Below are positions 1 to 8,070 of a DNA stretch of 27,714 bases, piece after piece. The position numbers were made by a program, and so were the translations under genes. Where the stretch lies: the NCBI GenBank assembly GCA_965205655.1, contig CBDBIJ010000077.1, forward strand, positions 1 through 27,714, read 5' to 3'. Below the pieces are notes generated by a model. It saw nothing but the letters and a program-made list of their open reading frames with translations. It was not told the origin of the DNA and ran no database searches. Source of the stretch: Candidatus Latescibacterota bacterium. Lineage in GTDB: Bacteria; Latescibacterota; UBA2968; UBA8231. Every line of letters begins with the position of its first letter. Positions within the stretch are counted from its first letter, which is position 1.

Positions 1-505
1 CGGGTTGAGATACAAGCCCACAACATCGCGCACCTTATCCACGAAGAAAGGATCAGTGGACAGCTTGAAATTCTGGGTCCGGTGCGGCTGTAAGCCGAAT
101 GTGCGCCAGATGCGATGGACCGCGTCCTTGGTCAGGCCGGTCTCCTCGCCCATGGAGCGCATCGTCCACTGGGTTTTGTCCTCCGGCTTGGTCTTCAGTG
201 TCTTGTATACCACCTCGGCCACTTGTTCGTCCGAGATCGATCGGGGCGCACCGGGTCGCAGCTCGTCGTACAACCCGTTGAGGCCGTTTTCCACGAAGCG
301 ACGACGCCACTTGCCGACGGTCACTTGTGACAGCCCCACAGCTTCGCCGATGGCCTTGTTGGGCCATCCCTCGGCGGCCAGCAACACGATCTCGGCGCGT
401 CGCACCAAACCGTGCGGCAGGGATCGAGATTTGGCCATTGATTCCAATTGCTGCCGAGTTTGCCCCGTCATTTCGAGAGGTGGAAGAAAAGCGTCCGCGT
501 GGCAT
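1..505 (-). CDS. IS630-family transposase, N-terminal part (one frameshift near 487-490)
   Basis: Manual translation: MPRGRF then, after removing one base, LPPLEMTGQTRQQLESMAKSRSLPHGLVRRAEIVLLAAEG...VGKWRRRFVENGLNGLYDELRPGAPR...FGLQPHRTQNFKLSTDPFFVDKVRDVVGLYLNP, a typical IS630 HTH region. GGAGG RBS precedes ATG 505. Confidence 0.9.
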
Positions 506-599
506 GAGTTTCCTCCGTTCCTTGTTTGTGGAATAGGTCTGGATGAAACTTAACCACACAACTGTACTAGTACAAGTTATTTGTACGACAATACACTAG
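1..599 (-). mobile_element. IS630-family insertion sequence, left part (runs off window start)
   Basis: Carries an IS630-type transposase N-terminus. The minus strand from 599 reads CTAGTGTATTGTCG, resembling IS630 ends at a CTAG/TA target. An alternative end is the CTAG at 567-570. Confidence 0.75.
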
Positions 600-607
600 T
601 CGGGCCG

Positions 608-1384
608 TTGCCAGCATCGCGCCTCATCCGCCTCGACCTCCAGTACGACGGCACCGACTTCGTCGGTTGGCAGATTCAGAAGCAGGGGCGCAGCGTGCAG
701 GGGGAGCTGGCGCGAGCCCTGCGCGCGTTCTTGCAGGAGGACGTCGTTCCCGTCGCCGCGGGGCGCACCGACGCTGGGACTCACGCCCGCGGCCAGGTCG
801 CTCATTTTCGCACGACATCCAGCCACCCCACAGATGTCTTCGTGCGGGCCCTCAACAGCCTGCTGGCGGATGACGTGGCCGTCTCGGCAGCTCGGGACGC
901 CCCACAAGACTTTCACGCCAGGTACAGCGCCGTCAGCAAGCGTTATCGCTACCGTATCGGCACGACTGAATCACCGCTGGAGCGCCGCTTCGTGTGGAGC
1001 CTCTGCCGACCCCTCGATCTGGATGCCATGGTCCGGGCCAGTTCGCGACTAAAGGGCGTCCACGAGTTCCAGGCGTTTTGCAACTGCGACCCGGTTCCCG
1101 CCAGTTTTACCTGCAGCGTCCTCGATTCCGGGTGGAAGCGCGGCGATTCGGAGCTCGTGTTCGAGATCGAGGCGAACAGGTTTCTGCGCCACATGGTCAG
1201 GATCATCGTGGGAACCTTCGCGGAGGTTGCCCAGGGGCGCCGGGACAGTGAGGATATTGCCCGTCTTCTCTCCCCCGGCGCCGGCGCCGACCGCTGTGAT
1301 GCGGGACCGACGGCGCCTGCCCGGGGCCTGTGCCTGGTCGACGTCAACTACCAGAGCGATTGGACGAATGTTTATGTTACATAA
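608..1384 (+). CDS. truA: tRNA pseudouridine(38-40) synthase
   Basis: Motifs YDGTDFVGWQ, AGRTDAGTHA, FHARYSA, NRFLRHMVR and TAPARGL. TTG 608 is preferred as start because the ORF-track start at 581 lies inside the probable IS end. Confidence 0.95.
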   Translation: MPASRLIRLDLQYDGTDFVGWQIQKQGRSVQGELARALRAFLQEDVVPVAAGRTDAGTHARGQVAHFRTTSSHPTDVFVRALNSLLADDVAVSAARDAPQDFHARYSAVSKRYRYRIGTTESPLERRFVWSLCRPLDLDAMVRASSRLKGVHEFQAFCNCDPVPASFTCSVLDSGWKRGDSELVFEIEANRFLRHMVRIIVGTFAEVAQGRRDSEDIARLLSPGAGADRCDAGPTAPARGLCLVDVNYQSDWTNVYVT

Positions 1385-1411
1385 CGACTTGCGCCATTTG
1401 TCCCACTCTCC

Positions 1412-2555
1412 TTGAGGCCGCAGCTGAACGATTTGGCACGACTATCAAAACTCACCAGCGTGGGTCTTTTCGGCACGGGACTGCTGTTCGCCTCGGGGGT
1501 CGTGGATTGGCTTTCCGCGGACGATTCCGAGGAGCTCAGGCGGACTGCCGTTGTGCGTGCCATCGAACGGGCGAAGCCCAGTGTGGTCAGCATCCACGCC
1601 GTCCATCGCGAGGCCGTTTACTACCACTCGCCGTACAGAGACCCGTTCTTCAACTTTTTCGCCCCTCCCTTCCTGGGTGAGAGGAAGAGGGTGACGGCTG
1701 GTTCCGGCTTCATCGTCGATGCCGATGGCTACATCCTCACGAACGACCATGTAGTGGGCAAAAGACCCATCCACATCTTCGTCAACCTGGACGACGGCCG
1801 CGAGTTCGAGGCCGTGGACATCGGCCGTGACTACTTCGTGGATCTAGCTGTACTTAAAGTGGATGCGACAGATCTCCCGGTTGCGCCACTGGCTGAATCG
1901 GGCGATATTTTGGTGGGCGAGCAAGCCATCGCCATTGGCAATCCCTTCGACCTGGGGTCCCACCGCCAGCGCCGGGATCGTCAGTGCCGTTGACCGGGAT
2001 TTCGAAGCGCCGCAGGGCGAATATTACTACCGTGACATGATCCAGACGGATGCGGCTATCAATCGCGGCAACAGCGGCGGCCCGCTCGTCAACGCCCTGG
2101 GCCAGGTCATCGGCATCAACAGCTTCATCTACACTGGCGACGATCGCGGCGGCGGCTCGATCGGCATCGGCTTCGCCATCCCGATCGATGCCGGCGTCAC
2201 CTTTCTGGACGAGATCCGCACGCACGGTCACGTGCGGCGCCCCTGGCATGGAATCCTCAGCCTGTACGAAGTGACCGGGCGACATGCCGACTACCTGGGT
2301 CTGCCGAATACGGACGGGGCCTTCGTCGTCCAAGTCGCCACGGGTAGTCCGGCCTACGAGGCCGAGCTCGGCAGGGGTGACGTCATAGTGGGCATCAACG
2401 GCGAGCCTGTTCGAACCGCCGAGGAAGCTGTGGGGATGTTGGAGCGACTCCGGGTGGGCCAGGAGTGCTCTCTGGAGATCATCCGAGACGGCCAACGCCG
2501 AACGATTTCCATCGCGCTGGAGGATCGGTCTCGGATCAGACTGGGACGGTACTGA
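1412..2555 (+). CDS. HtrA/DegP-family trypsin-like serine protease with one PDZ domain (frameshift at 1954-1957)
   Basis: N-terminal hydrophobic segment, GSGFI, TNDHVV, DLAVLK, AIGNPF, then second frame [16 protein letters not shown] and a PDZ domain. An extra G in GGGG joins ORFs 1412..1993 and 1863..2555. Start uncertain. Confidence 0.9.
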
Positions 2556-3218
2556 TGGCCAGGGAAGGGTTTCCCTTCGTGGGCATAGCCGCCGGCGCTG
2601 CCCTCGCCTGCTGGATCGCCAGCCAGACATACCCGTTCTTTGGATACGGCGCCCTCGGCTTCGCCGTGACCACGGGTTTCATGGCGTTCTTTTTTCGCGA
2701 CCCGGAACGCACGCCGCCGGAGATGGCGGGAGCCATCGTGTCGGCCGCCGACGGCAGGGTCGTCGAGGTCGACGGCAAGGTGGAGGAACGCTGCGAATAC
2801 CTTGGAGGTCCGGGCGTGCGGGTGAGCGTCTTCCTGTCGCCGCTCGATGTGCACGTGAACCGGGCACCGATCGCCGGGATGGTCGATTTTGTCGACTGGC
2901 ACCGCGGTCGTTTTCGCGCCGCCTACTCGCCCCGCGGCGTCAACGGAGAATGAGCACAGCGCCGTCGGCATCAGCAACGGCTCGACCCGCCTCGTCGTAA
3001 AGCAGATCGTCGGTGTTCTCGCCCGGCGCATCGCCTGCTACCTCGACAGCGGCGACGAGATTCGGCTGGGGCAGCGTTATGGTCTCATTCGCTTCGGCTC
3101 CCGCGTGGAGCATATTCTCCCCGCCGGCACCCGGGTTCAGGTGAATGTGGGAGACAGAGTGAAAGCTGGCGAAACAGTGATCGGAGTCTACGATGTTGTC
3201 TCGGGCCCTACTGCCTAA
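2555..3218 (+). CDS. psd: Phosphatidylserine decarboxylase proenzyme (frameshift at 2930-2933)
   Basis: FFRDPER, SAADG, FLSPLDVHVNRAP, then RRI and the LIRFGSRV autocleavage motif in the second frame. Extra C in CCCC. ATG overlaps the upstream TGA. Confidence 0.92.
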
Positions 3219-3906
3219 CGTCTTCACCGTCGGCAACCTGGCGTGCGGTTTTGTGGCTCTGCACTACGCCATCGAGGGCAGGTACGTCCCCGCCGCCTGG
3301 CTCATCGTCCTCGGCGCCGTACTCGACAAACTGGACGGACGGATTGCCCGCCTCGTGGGCAACGATTCGGAGTTTGGCGTCGAATTCGATTCCCTCGTCG
3401 ATGTGTGTACATTCGGCATCGTTCCCGCCGTCATGGTCTATCTCAGCCTGCTTCATTCGGGCTGGGGCCTTGCCATCGCCTTCCTCTTCGTGCTGTGTGG
3501 CGCTCTTCGACTCGCTCGCTACAACATCTCTTCCCATAATGATGATGAGAAGCACTTTTTCACCGGTCTGCCGATTCCTCTCGCCGCTGTTGCCCTGAGC
3601 CAGTACGTCGTCTTCACGGAGCGGGCTTGGGAAATGACTCACGCGGCCTCCCTCGGAGCGCTCTTCGTCGTGCTGCTCTCCATACTCATGGTGAGTCGGG
3701 TCGAGTACGACCCCATGCCCGACTTCCGCTCAACGGCGTTTTGGGATCGCTTCAAGCAGACCTACTTCGTCGTCGCCGTCGTCCTCATGATTCTCCCGAG
3801 TACGTCAAAGGATTACTCCTTTCCGGTTGTGGGAGTCTACCTGTTATCGGGGATCTATCGTTGGATCAGTGGTGTCCTGCGCGACGAAGTGACGGAACAC
3901 GCTTGA
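3193..3906 (+). CDS. pssA: CDP-diacylglycerol--serine O-phosphatidyltransferase
   Basis: LPNVFT, the CDP-alcohol phosphotransferase motif DKLDGRIAR...FGVEFDSLVD, LRLARYN and FTGLPIP. Adjacent to psd. Confidence 0.93.
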   Translation: MLSRALLPNVFTVGNLACGFVALHYAIEGRYVPAAWLIVLGAVLDKLDGRIARLVGNDSEFGVEFDSLVDVCTFGIVPAVMVYLSLLHSGWGLAIAFLFVLCGALRLARYNISSHNDDEKHFFTGLPIPLAAVALSQYVVFTERAWEMTHAASLGALFVVLLSILMVSRVEYDPMPDFRSTAFWDRFKQTYFVVAVVLMILPSTSKDYSFPVVGVYLLSGIYRWISGVLRDEVTEHA

Positions 3907-3928
3907 CTTTGACCGGCCACGACCTGGC

Positions 3929-4210
3929 ATGTTGAGGGACAAACCGGTCAGTCACCTGGTCATCATTCTGTTCGCCAGCGTGCTGGGCGCGAACATCATC
4001 GGCGAAGCGCTTCGCATCGTGCTGCTGTTCATCGCCGGCGCCGGCAGCATCGTGGAACGGGCGCTGCTCCATTACGTGACCTATCAGATCGGCCCGCACA
4101 CGCTGAATCTGATTATTCTGTCCTTCTCCTTCGAGCTGTCGCTTCACTTTAACGTCATCACCCTGCTGGGGATTTTCGTCGGCTGGTATTATTTCAGATA
4201 TTCGTATTGA
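3929..4210 (+). CDS. Small membrane protein, DUF4321-like
   Basis: 93 aa with hydrophobic segments and a 'TLNLIILSFSFELSLHFNVITLLG' pattern. Operon position before tatA. Confidence 0.65.
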   Translation: MLRDKPVSHLVIILFASVLGANIIGEALRIVLLFIAGAGSIVERALLHYVTYQIGPHTLNLIILSFSFELSLHFNVITLLGIFVGWYYFRYSY

Positions 4211-4240
4211 GAATATCCATATCACTCTAGGAGGCACCGT

Positions 4241-4537
4241 ATGTGGCCGAGTCACTGGGAAATACTCATCATCTTCGTCGTCGTCCTACTCCTCTTCGGC
4301 GCCAAGCGAATTCCCGAAATGGCTCAGGGTCTCGGCAAGGGCATAAAAGAGTTCAGAAAGGCCATGCGTGACGTGCAGGAGGACGTCGACTTGACGACGA
4401 AGGAGACGGGTGCCGCCAACACCATCGCACCGCAACCGGCGGCACAGCCCGAGCAAGTCCCGCGCGAGACTCCCGCCGCCGACTCGGAAGCGCCGGCTCA
4501 AGCTCAATCGAGCGAACAGGCCAAGCAAACATCGTAG
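4241..4537 (+). CDS. tatA: Twin-arginine translocase TatA/TatE subunit
   Basis: WEILIIFVVVLLLFGAKRIPEMAQGLGKGIKEFRKA. AGGAGG RBS at 4229-4234. Confidence 0.95.
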   Translation: MWPSHWEILIIFVVVLLLFGAKRIPEMAQGLGKGIKEFRKAMRDVQEDVDLTTKETGAANTIAPQPAAQPEQVPRETPAADSEAPAQAQSSEQAKQTS

Positions 4538-4589
4538 AGGCCCGTCGAGGATCGGTCCGCCGGACTTCCTCACTGTCTCCTCGACCTCG

Positions 4590-6047
4590 ATGCCACTGAA
4601 CCACCTCACTGCTCACGAAATCGGTGTGCAGTTGCGGAGCGGGGAAATCTCCTCCGTCGACGTGACTGCCTCCGTCCTCGACGCCATCGCCGACTCCGAA
4701 CCAGCCATCAACGCATTCATCAGCGTCGACGGCGAGGGCGCCCTGACGCAAGCCGAGGCGGTCGATCGCAAGCGGGCTCGCGGCGAGGATCTGGGACCGC
4801 TGGCGGGAATCCCCGTCGCCGTCAAGGACGTGATCTGCGCTCGCGGCGGCCGCACGACCTGCGGGTCTCATATTCTGGAACACTATTCCGCCCCCTATGA
4901 CGCCACCGTCGTCGAGAAGCTGCGCCGCGCTGAGGCCGTTCTCATAGGCAAGACGAACATGGACGAATTCGCCATGGGTTCGTCCAACGAGACATCCTAT
5001 TTCGGTCCCGCGCGCAACCCCGTCGACCCGGAGCGAGTTCCCGGCGGATCGAGCGGCGGCTCTGCCGCCGCCGTCGCGGCGCACGAAACGATCGTCGCCC
5101 TGGGATCGGATACCGGCGGGTCGGTGCGCCAGCCCGCCGGCTACTGTGGCGTTGTCGGACTGAAGCCGACCTATGGTCGAATCTCCCGCTACGGCCTGGT
5201 GGCATACGCCTCGTCGCTGGATCAGATCGGTCCCGTCGCCAAGGACGTTGAAGACGCCGCCCTGCTCCTGGGAGCGGTGGCCGGTCACGACCGCCGCGAC
5301 TCCACCTCGGTTGAGATTGAAGTGCCGGACTACGGAGCGAAACTCGATGGCGGCATCCGTGGTCTTAGGATAGGTATGGTGCGTGAGTATCTGGGCTCTG
5401 GCCTGGATGCCGAGATTCGCGAGGCGGTCGAGACCGCCGCTGCCGCGCTGGAGAGCGCCGGTGCCGAGCTCGTCGAGCTCTCCCTTCCGGTGGCGGGCAA
5501 TCCGGACTTCTGCGTCGGCGCCTACTACATCATCGCCATGGCGGAAGCATCGGCTAATCTGGCTCGCTACGATGGGGTCAAGTACGGCTCACGCGCCAAT
5601 AGCCGGGAGGCTGCGGGCGACCCCTTGCTCGAGCTGTATCGCAGGACGAGAAGCCAGGGCTTCGGAGCGGAGGTCAAGCGGCGCATCATGCTCGGCACCT
5701 ACGTCCTGAGCGCCGGCTACTACGACGCCTATTACGTGAAGGCGCTCAAGGTTCGCACCCTGATCAGACAAGATTTCGAGCGCGCCTTCGAGGCCTGCGA
5801 CGCGATTCTGTCACCGGTCGCTCCCACGACCGCCTTTCCGCTCGGGGAGCAGATCGACGATCCATTGCAGATGTACCTCAATGATATTTATACTGTTTCT
5901 GTGAATCTGGCCGGCATCCCCGGAATTTGCGTCCCCGTGGGAACGTCAGTCCAAGGCCTGCCCATCGGCGCCCAGCTCCTGGCGGCTCCGTTCGAGGAAG
6001 ACCTGCTGCTCACCGCCGCCCGCGGCCTGGAGGTAATACAGAATTGA
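4590..6047 (+). CDS. gatA: Asp-tRNA(Asn)/Glu-tRNA(Gln) amidotransferase subunit A
   Basis: Amidase signature GKTNMDEFAMGSS, PGGSSGGSA and GSDTGGSVRQPA, plus GatA-specific RRIMLGTYVLSAGYYDAYY. Start placed at ATG 4590. Confidence 0.96.
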   Translation: MPLNHLTAHEIGVQLRSGEISSVDVTASVLDAIADSEPAINAFISVDGEGALTQAEAVDRKRARGEDLGPLAGIPVAVKDVICARGGRTTCGSHILEHYSAPYDATVVEKLRRAEAVLIGKTNMDEFAMGSSNETSYFGPARNPVDPERVPGGSSGGSAAAVAAHETIVALGSDTGGSVRQPAGYCGVVGLKPTYGRISRYGLVAYASSLDQIGPVAKDVEDAALLLGAVAGHDRRDSTSVEIEVPDYGAKLDGGIRGLRIGMVREYLGSGLDAEIREAVETAAAALESAGAELVELSLPVAGNPDFCVGAYYIIAMAEASANLARYDGVKYGSRANSREAAGDPLLELYRRTRSQGFGAEVKRRIMLGTYVLSAGYYDAYYVKALKVRTLIRQDFERAFEACDAILSPVAPTTAFPLGEQIDDPLQMYLNDIYTVSVNLAGIPGICVPVGTSVQGLPIGAQLLAAPFEEDLLLTAARGLEVIQN

Positions 6048-6058
6048 AGGAATCGAAT

Positions 6059-7009
6059 ATGTGGCGACTGCGTGTATCGGCGTGGGGAGCACCCGGCCTC
6101 GCCCTGGCACTGATAGCGGCTTCCTCGGTCCCGGCACCGGCCATCAACGAGAGCGCCGGCACAACCGGGTTCAATTTCCTGAAAATTGGCGTGGGTGCGC
6201 GGCCCGCGGCTCTGGGCGGCGCCTACACCGCGGTGAGCGGCGACCTTGAAGCGAGCGCCTGGAATCCGGCCGGCCTCTACGGCGTCCAAAGCCGCAGTGG
6301 AGTGCTGTCGCTGACGAGCTATCTCGTCGACACGGAGGCCGGTTTCCTCAGCGTCGCCATACCGGGTGAAAAGCGGGTCTGGGGAATCGGTATGAACTAC
6401 GTCAGCTACGGAACGATGCGTCGCACCGACGTGGATGGCGGAGACCTGGGCACCTTTGGCGCCTTCGATATCGCTACCTACATCACCGTCGCTCAGCCGG
6501 TGTGGCAACGGCGCATGACGGTCGGCGTGAATCTCAAAGCGATCTATTCGAGTATCGACAGCTACTCTTCAGACGCCTACGTCATCGACCTGGGTGCCCA
6601 GGCGCGGGGACCGATCGACGGCATGACGCTGGGCGCATCCCTCCTCAACATCGGTTCCGTGCGCAGCGGCTACACCGACGGATTCGAGGATTCTCTGCCC
6701 GTGCTTGTGCGCCTGGGCATGAGCCATCGCCCCGCTCACGCGCCCCGGCCACTCATGCTGTTGGCCGACCTCAATCTACCCAACGACAACGATCCGTACT
6801 TGAGCTTCGGGGCCGAGCTGCAGGTTCACAGTAGACTCTTCGTGCGGCCCGGCTACAGCCTGCAGCAGACCGGTCTCGAGGGAGATGAACCCCTCGGCCT
6901 CACCGCTGGCGCCGGCCTCGTCATGCAGCGGTACCGTCTGGACTACGCCTTCTCTTCGTATCCTGCCCTCGGAGACGTCCACCGTCTGTCCGTTTCCGGG
7001 GAGTTCTGA
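6059..7009 (+). CDS. PorV/PorQ-family outer-membrane beta-barrel (T9SS-associated)
   Basis: Signal peptide, FLKIGVGARPAALGGAY...WNPAGL motif, C-terminal LDYAF...LGDVHRLS..F. Start ATG 6059 after AAGGA. Confidence 0.85.
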   Translation: MWRLRVSAWGAPGLALALIAASSVPAPAINESAGTTGFNFLKIGVGARPAALGGAYTAVSGDLEASAWNPAGLYGVQSRSGVLSLTSYLVDTEAGFLSVAIPGEKRVWGIGMNYVSYGTMRRTDVDGGDLGTFGAFDIATYITVAQPVWQRRMTVGVNLKAIYSSIDSYSSDAYVIDLGAQARGPIDGMTLGASLLNIGSVRSGYTDGFEDSLPVLVRLGMSHRPAHAPRPLMLLADLNLPNDNDPYLSFGAELQVHSRLFVRPGYSLQQTGLEGDEPLGLTAGAGLVMQRYRLDYAFSSYPALGDVHRLSVSGEF

Positions 7010-7050
7010 CCACCTCTGCCAGCGCCCGTATTCCCTCCCCGCCCACGGCG

Positions 7051-7833
7051 CTACTCCTTCTCCTGCGCCTCTCCCGTCATCGGCACGAACCGCACCGGTA
7101 GCATACGCTCCCTACGGATCTCGCTTCCCGCTCTCGTTATTCTGATCAATTCCTGATAGTGCTCGCCCACCGGGATGACGAGGTGGGCGCCGTCGCCGAG
7201 CTGGTCCACGAGGGCCTGGGGAACGCGAGGGGGTGCGGCGGTGACGATGATGGCGTCGAAGGGCGCCGCTTCCGGCCAGCCGAAATACCCGTCCCCGCTG
7301 CGGACGTGGACGTTGTCATAGCCGATTTCTGCGAGTAGGGAGCGGGCATTTTCAGCCAGCGATGATATGATCTCGATCGTGTAGACCTGCGTGGCGATTT
7401 CAGCCAGCACCGCCGCCTGATACCCGGACCCGGTGCCGATCTCGAGGACTCGATCGGTCGGGTCCAGCTCGAGAGCCTGGGTCATGTAGGCCACAATGTA
7501 GGGCTGGGATATGGTCTGCCCCTCGCCGATGGGCAGGGGGTGATCTCCATAGGCGCCGGACCGCAGCCTCTCGGGCACGTAACGATGTCTGGGCACCCTC
7601 GCCATTACCTGCAAAACTGTCGGATCGACGATATCCCGCGACCGCAGGTGGTCCTCCACCATCTGCTGTCTCGCCAGCCTGTACTCATCCCGCTGCTGAG
7701 AGGCGGCGGACGCGGCGGCCGTCTGCGCTTTGAGCCTGTCGTCCCCTTTGCGGCATCCGTACAAAACGGAGCAGAGCAGCAAAGCGATGAGGGCTGTCAG
7801 CAGCTGAGACTCGTATCGGTCGATCCGACCCAT
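7051..7833 (-). CDS. pcm: Protein-L-isoaspartate O-methyltransferase with N-terminal lipoprotein-like signal
   Basis: VPRH, GQTISQPYIVA, VLEIGTGSGYQAA, APFDAIIVTAA and VRFVPM. N-terminal hydrophobic stretch ends LYGC. Confidence 0.95.
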   Translation of the reverse strand: MGRIDRYESQLLTALIALLLCSVLYGCRKGDDRLKAQTAAASAASQQRDEYRLARQQMVEDHLRSRDIVDPTVLQVMARVPRHRYVPERLRSGAYGDHPLPIGEGQTISQPYIVAYMTQALELDPTDRVLEIGTGSGYQAAVLAEIATQVYTIEIISSLAENARSLLAEIGYDNVHVRSGDGYFGWPEAAPFDAIIVTAAPPRVPQALVDQLGDGAHLVIPVGEHYQELIRITRAGSEIRRERMLPVRFVPMTGEAQEKE

Positions 7834-8070
7834 TCTTGGCCTGCCAGTTTCGGTTGAAATCGCACCATTAACATATACTGCCGATCGCGCCTCAGCTACC
7901 AGCCGCTCCCGGTCATATCGATCCGCCTGTCACTATGTGGAAGCAGTCCTGTGTCCCATTGGTGTCGCGATCGCCGTCGCCACAATGACGAGGATCGCTC
8001 ACAACCAGTTGTCCTGCATGCCGTAGCGTGAACGACAGCCGCAGGCCCGCTATTTGCCGCCACCAGCGTC

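Noticed and set aside
5..553. 182-aa plus-strand ORF and the 168-aa minus ORF 53..559
   Set aside because: These are antisense and off-frame shadows of the IS630 transposase.
4590..6047. gatA without gatC/gatB as a novelty
   Set aside because: Dispersed gat genes with tatA-gatA adjacency are, to my knowledge, common in FCB-group genomes.
7854..7879. TTGAAA...TATACT promoter for the LTD gene
   Set aside because: The spacer is only 14 bp, so it is not supportable as a sigma70 promoter.
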